Sequence record: SRR20825006_218
Direction: 5' to 3' (one strand)
DNA: 42,120 nucleotides
A program made the translations under genes and the position numbers. Shown piece after piece: positions 38,146-42,120 of the stretch; the first letter of the stretch is position 1; each line of letters begins with the position of its first letter. The notes beneath the pieces were generated by a model, which searched no databases, had not been told where the DNA came from, and saw only the letters and a program-made list of their open reading frames with translations.

Positions 38146-39294
38146 ATGAACAAGTTAATCTTCTCAATTGCTCTTCTCGGGTGTATTTCTACCAGTTGTA
38201 AAAAAGATCCAGTACCCAATCCTGACGGTACTTTTCCTGGGTGTATCGAATTGTCTGGTTCGCAAAATACAGCACTCACTTTAACCAATCACGTTGCAGA
38301 TCCTAACGTTCCTGACTACTGTATTACTGGGGATTACTTCATAAAAGCAGCTGTAATTGTACAACCTGGAGTCACTATTCAAATCAAGAACGGTGTTAAA
38401 ATTCACGTGCAAACCAACGGCTATTTTAACTGCATGGGAACAGCAGCGGAACAAATTAAGATTAAAGGAGAGAGTCCTCTTGTTGCTGGACAATGGGAAA
38501 ACATTCATTTCAGCACTAACGACGTAAACAATCGGTTAGTTTACACGAACATTGATGGTGGAGGAAATTCAACCACTTACCCTGCGATGGTGTTTGTTGG
38601 TTTCCAAGGATCTGTACTCATCGATAATTGTATTATTTCTAGCAGCTCTACAAACGGGATTATGACTGAATCATCTTCGTCGAACCTCGGTGGAATCTCA
38701 AATTGCTCGATTAATCTGTGTGAATCGTATCCAATTGTTATTAATTCTCGCTTAGTTGGTGCGCTTGCCTCTTCCATAAGCGGAGGTGGAAATACATATG
38801 ACCTGATCGATGTGAGTAGTTCACAATTACAAAATCCCGTTACATGGCGTCCTACTGGTTTCCCATATCACATCAATGGAAGCTTAGGAATTGCTTCTGA
38901 CCTCACAGTAGAGTCTGGTACTTTCTTCAGGTTTGCTGCTGGTTCTGAAATGAGAATCGAGAATAATGGTTCATTAAATTGTATCGGCACTTCATCCGAA
39001 AATATAACTTTTACGGGGGATACTAACATTCCAGGATCTTGGGAGGGGATCGTTTTTTCGGGATCATCAAGCCCATTGAACCGTTTCGAGTTTTGTCAAT
39101 TTTCTTACGGTGGTGGTAACGCAACTTATGAAGGAATGATTACACTTTGGGTGAATGCGTATGCACGGATAGGAAATTCTTCCATCATGAACAGTTCACG
39201 TTGGGGAGTTTTTAATAACAACGGGGCAAATACATTCATCGATGATGGAAACAATACGTGGGGAGGAAACGTTTTGGGAAATGTTGGAACCTAA
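38146..39294 (+). CDS. Surface lipoprotein with right-handed beta-helix repeats (internal duplication)
   Basis: Lipobox STSC-KKD; two about 93-aa copies of V.PG/ESG...NG.L/FNC.GT...I...G....G.W..I.F......N......GGG. Confidence 0.82.
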   Translation: MNKLIFSIALLGCISTSCKKDPVPNPDGTFPGCIELSGSQNTALTLTNHVADPNVPDYCITGDYFIKAAVIVQPGVTIQIKNGVKIHVQTNGYFNCMGTAAEQIKIKGESPLVAGQWENIHFSTNDVNNRLVYTNIDGGGNSTTYPAMVFVGFQGSVLIDNCIISSSSTNGIMTESSSSNLGGISNCSINLCESYPIVINSRLVGALASSISGGGNTYDLIDVSSSQLQNPVTWRPTGFPYHINGSLGIASDLTVESGTFFRFAAGSEMRIENNGSLNCIGTSSENITFTGDTNIPGSWEGIVFSGSSSPLNRFEFCQFSYGGGNATYEGMITLWVNAYARIGNSSIMNSSRWGVFNNNGANTFIDDGNNTWGGNVLGNVGT

Positions 39295-39406
39295 GAGTTG
39301 GTTTCGAGTCAAACTCTGAAAAAATAATCCATACACCATTTCTTTTACTCAAGAATACTAACAAGTAATCGATGTCATTGATTATCTCAACTAAAAAATA
39401 CCATTT

Positions 39407-40531
39407 ATGAAACGAATAATTTATATCTCAGCCCTGTTTTGTCTTTCAACTTCAACAGTTTCGGCGCAAACAAATAACACCTTCTTTCTCGGTCATAGTT
39501 TGATCAATTTTGATGTTCCGAATATGGTCGACAAGTTCTCAATAGCGAGTAGTGAAGTCTTTTCGTACGATGCGAACATTGGTAATGGCGCAACCTTAAA
39601 TTGGCATTGGGACAATCCCACCACTGGAGAAGGAAGTCAATGGGACCTAACACTTCCCAACGGAGGATATGAAAATTTCATATTAACGGAAGCTGTACCT
39701 TTAGAAAATCACCTTCAGTTCAGTAACACATATCGCTACACGGATAGCTTATGCAGCTTTGCGAATCAATACAATCCGAACATTCAATACTACATCTACG
39801 AAACGTGGCACTGTACAAATAGTGGGAACGGAAGTACATCGGGAGCAGGAGGAACACCATGTGATTGGGATCCGAATAGCACTATTCCGTGGAGAGATCG
39901 AATTGATCAAGATTTATCACGATGGGAAAGTATTGCGGACAGTATCAATTTGATTCACACGAATCCGATGTTGGTTATACCGACAGGCCAAGCAATGGGA
40001 CGATTAGCCGATAGCATCCAAAGTGGCGCGGTTCCTGGATTATCGTCTATCTTGGATTTGTTTGTTGACACTTATCATCTCGATAATAGAGGGAATTATT
40101 TTCTTGCATGTGTGGTGTATGCAGTCATTCACGAAACCTCTCCAGTTGGATTACCCAATCAGGTGACCAACCGATTTGGTAATTTATACACCGAATTTCC
40201 AACGACCGCGCAGGCAACTATTTTACAAGAAATAGCATGGCAGACTGTGTGTGATTATCAGAGAGACGGCGTAACTTGTTCAACAACAAATTCTATTGCG
40301 GAAAATGAAAAAACGCAGTTTACTGTTCATCCGATTCCTGCTAACGAACATTTGACCATTCAATATGACGCATTTTCGGAGGCTGTACCGTACAGTATTT
40401 ATGATAGACTCGGGAAAATCGTTCAAAATGGGGACGTCAATTCTTCCACAACGACTGTGAATATTACCGAATTATCCACAGGTGTGTATTTTATCCGCTT
40501 GGAAGATCGAACAGTGAAGTTTGTAAAATAG
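39407..40531 (+). CDS. T9SS-secreted SGNH/GDSL-like hydrolase
   Basis: Signal peptide, FFLGHSL (block I Ser), YETW, DTYH (DxxH), type A CTD VHPIPA...IYDRLGKIV...LSTGVYFIR...VKFVK. Confidence 0.8.
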   Translation: MKRIIYISALFCLSTSTVSAQTNNTFFLGHSLINFDVPNMVDKFSIASSEVFSYDANIGNGATLNWHWDNPTTGEGSQWDLTLPNGGYENFILTEAVPLENHLQFSNTYRYTDSLCSFANQYNPNIQYYIYETWHCTNSGNGSTSGAGGTPCDWDPNSTIPWRDRIDQDLSRWESIADSINLIHTNPMLVIPTGQAMGRLADSIQSGAVPGLSSILDLFVDTYHLDNRGNYFLACVVYAVIHETSPVGLPNQVTNRFGNLYTEFPTTAQATILQEIAWQTVCDYQRDGVTCSTTNSIAENEKTQFTVHPIPANEHLTIQYDAFSEAVPYSIYDRLGKIVQNGDVNSSTTTVNITELSTGVYFIRLEDRTVKFVK

Positions 40532-40578
40532 CTTCATGGAAAAGTCGTCCATGTAATTTACCCTACAACTAATAAAAT

Positions 40579-40618
40579 GAAACCCGCGTTTGATATGCTT
40601 ATCGAATGTGGGTTTCTT
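40579..40618 (+). terminator. Long hairpin between convergent genes
   Basis: GAAACCCGCGTTTGATA-tgct-TATCGAATGTGGGTTTC with G-U pairs on the plus strand. Confidence 0.7.
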
Positions 40619-40707
40619 GATAAATTCTTTCCCTTTTCCAAAAAAAGAAGAGCTTCTATGAAAATGTTCGACACAAATACATCGCACCGAAACGTTTTTA
40701 AACTGTG

Positions 40708-41010
40708 TTACAATTTCTTTCCCTGAATCAACAGTGACGAACGAATGGAATCTTCCTTCAAGTGCAAAAATTGTTTTCGCTCCTCGTCCCTTGCAAAATT
40801 GTGGAAGTCTTGCTCCGAATCGAATTCAACGAGGTGAATTTCATACGGTTTTTCGATGTGACTTTCAATATAAGCGTCTTCACTCGGTCTCACACGGAGC
40901 GTTAAACGACCATTATATTTTAAAATAATAGGAATCGCCAAGGCTTCAAATTCATGAAAAACCTCTTCTTTTCCTTTAATAATGTAGATAAGTTGCGTTA
41001 AGTATATCAT
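40708..41010 (-). CDS. DUF1330-like (dimeric alpha-beta barrel) protein
   Basis: FHEFEA..IPII.KYNG......RP, PYEIHLVEF.SE.DF..F..D..R. Confidence 0.8.
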   Translation of the reverse strand: MIYLTQLIYIIKGKEEVFHEFEALAIPIILKYNGRLTLRVRPSEDAYIESHIEKPYEIHLVEFDSEQDFHNFARDEERKQFLHLKEDSIRSSLLIQGKKL

Positions 41011-41012
41011 TT

Positions 41013-41402
41013 CTATTCAGTATAATTGACTATTGCCCTGTTTACTTCTCCGTTCGCATTAAACATCACAAGTTCTGCCGATTTACGATTTGTGGCTGTG
41101 TTCAGGTAGTACATTGTTAAACTGTTCACACCTATCAATAAGTCTAAGAGTTCAAATCGCAAGTTAGGAATCGACTTCAATCCGACACTCCAATATTCTC
41201 TTACGTTTTCCTTTCCGACAACTACCCCACCCGTTTCTGGAAATCGTTTTAATGCCAGTGGACTCTCTATTGTGAAATCGTCACTATAATGCGACAAAAT
41301 TCGATCGAGGTCATGCGAATTCCATGCGGCTATCCATTCCTCGGAAAATTCCTTTGCAAAATCAATTGTAATCACGCGTGTCCAGTTTAAGTAACCATCC
41401 AA
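41013..41402 (-). CDS. SnoaL-like / NTF2-family protein
   Basis: EWIAAWNSHDLDRILSHYSDDF..ESP, GKENVREYW, LRFEL; real start may be GTG 41375. Confidence 0.88.
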   Translation of the reverse strand: MDGYLNWTRVITIDFAKEFSEEWIAAWNSHDLDRILSHYSDDFTIESPLALKRFPETGGVVVGKENVREYWSVGLKSIPNLRFELLDLLIGVNSLTMYYLNTATNRKSAELVMFNANGEVNRAIVNYTE

Positions 41403-41530
41403 ATATACTTTAAATTAAACAGCAACAATTAACCGTACAATCAAAAGTAATCACCAAAAGTCGACACTTAAATTCTTCTTAAAATGCGCGAAATTGACTA
41501 TCTTGGAGAACGACCTTCAACTTTCTTTAT

Positions 41531-41575
41531 ATAGATATTTTCTATGGATGTATAAACCATATAATAAATTTCAAT
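41531..41575 (+). promoter_or_regulatory. OxyR/LysR-type operator upstream of katG
   Basis: ATAG-N7-CTAT (41531-41545) and ATAA-N7-CAAT (41561-41575). Confidence 0.65.
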
Positions 41576-41604
41576 AGCTAGTTAAGTGTAATTTAGAACC
41601 ATAA

Positions 41605-42120
<516 letters not shown>

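Overview
AT-rich chromosomal segment of a Bacteroidota bacterium. Evidence: porT, a T9SS C-terminal sorting domain, many TAnnTTTG promoter boxes and the guaB-PPIase-lipoprotein-surA-moxR synteny. A Flavobacteriales (Crocinitomicaceae/Fluviicola-like) origin is my inference. The window holds about 41 CDSs. I recognised no tRNA, rRNA, CRISPR array, integrase or transposase. Housekeeping blocks are aspC-rfaE1-ktrB/trkH-ubiE/menG-porT-FAD oxidoreductase, an acyltransferase + GNAT amino-lipid pair, ECF sigma/uvrA, a cold-shock gene, an RluA-family gene, guaB-PPIases-moxR, and a katG cut by the window end. Signalling modules lie between them. (i) A Crp/Fnr regulator and a group III truncated haemoglobin, divergent from a small membrane protein, with a perfect 8-6-8 operator between them. 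(ii) The best candidate for an undescribed system: an ECF sigma factor followed by an 803-aa anti-sigma-like membrane protein with a c-type cytochrome (CAVCH...M) inside its extracytoplasmic region. (iii) A convergent second ECF sigma translationally coupled to a membrane-anchored GIN/DUF2807 beta-solenoid protein, with a clear ECF-type promoter; an orphan pstS sits between modules ii and iii. (iv) A TPR sensor kinase/NarL-family regulator upstream of a duplicated beta-helix lipoprotein and a T9SS-secreted SGNH-like hydrolase. Non-coding features include REP-like palindromes, several intrinsic terminators (one overlapping a signal-peptide coding region), a candidate sRNA and an OxyR-like box before katG. 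All family assignments come from motif recognition by eye; no database searches were run.
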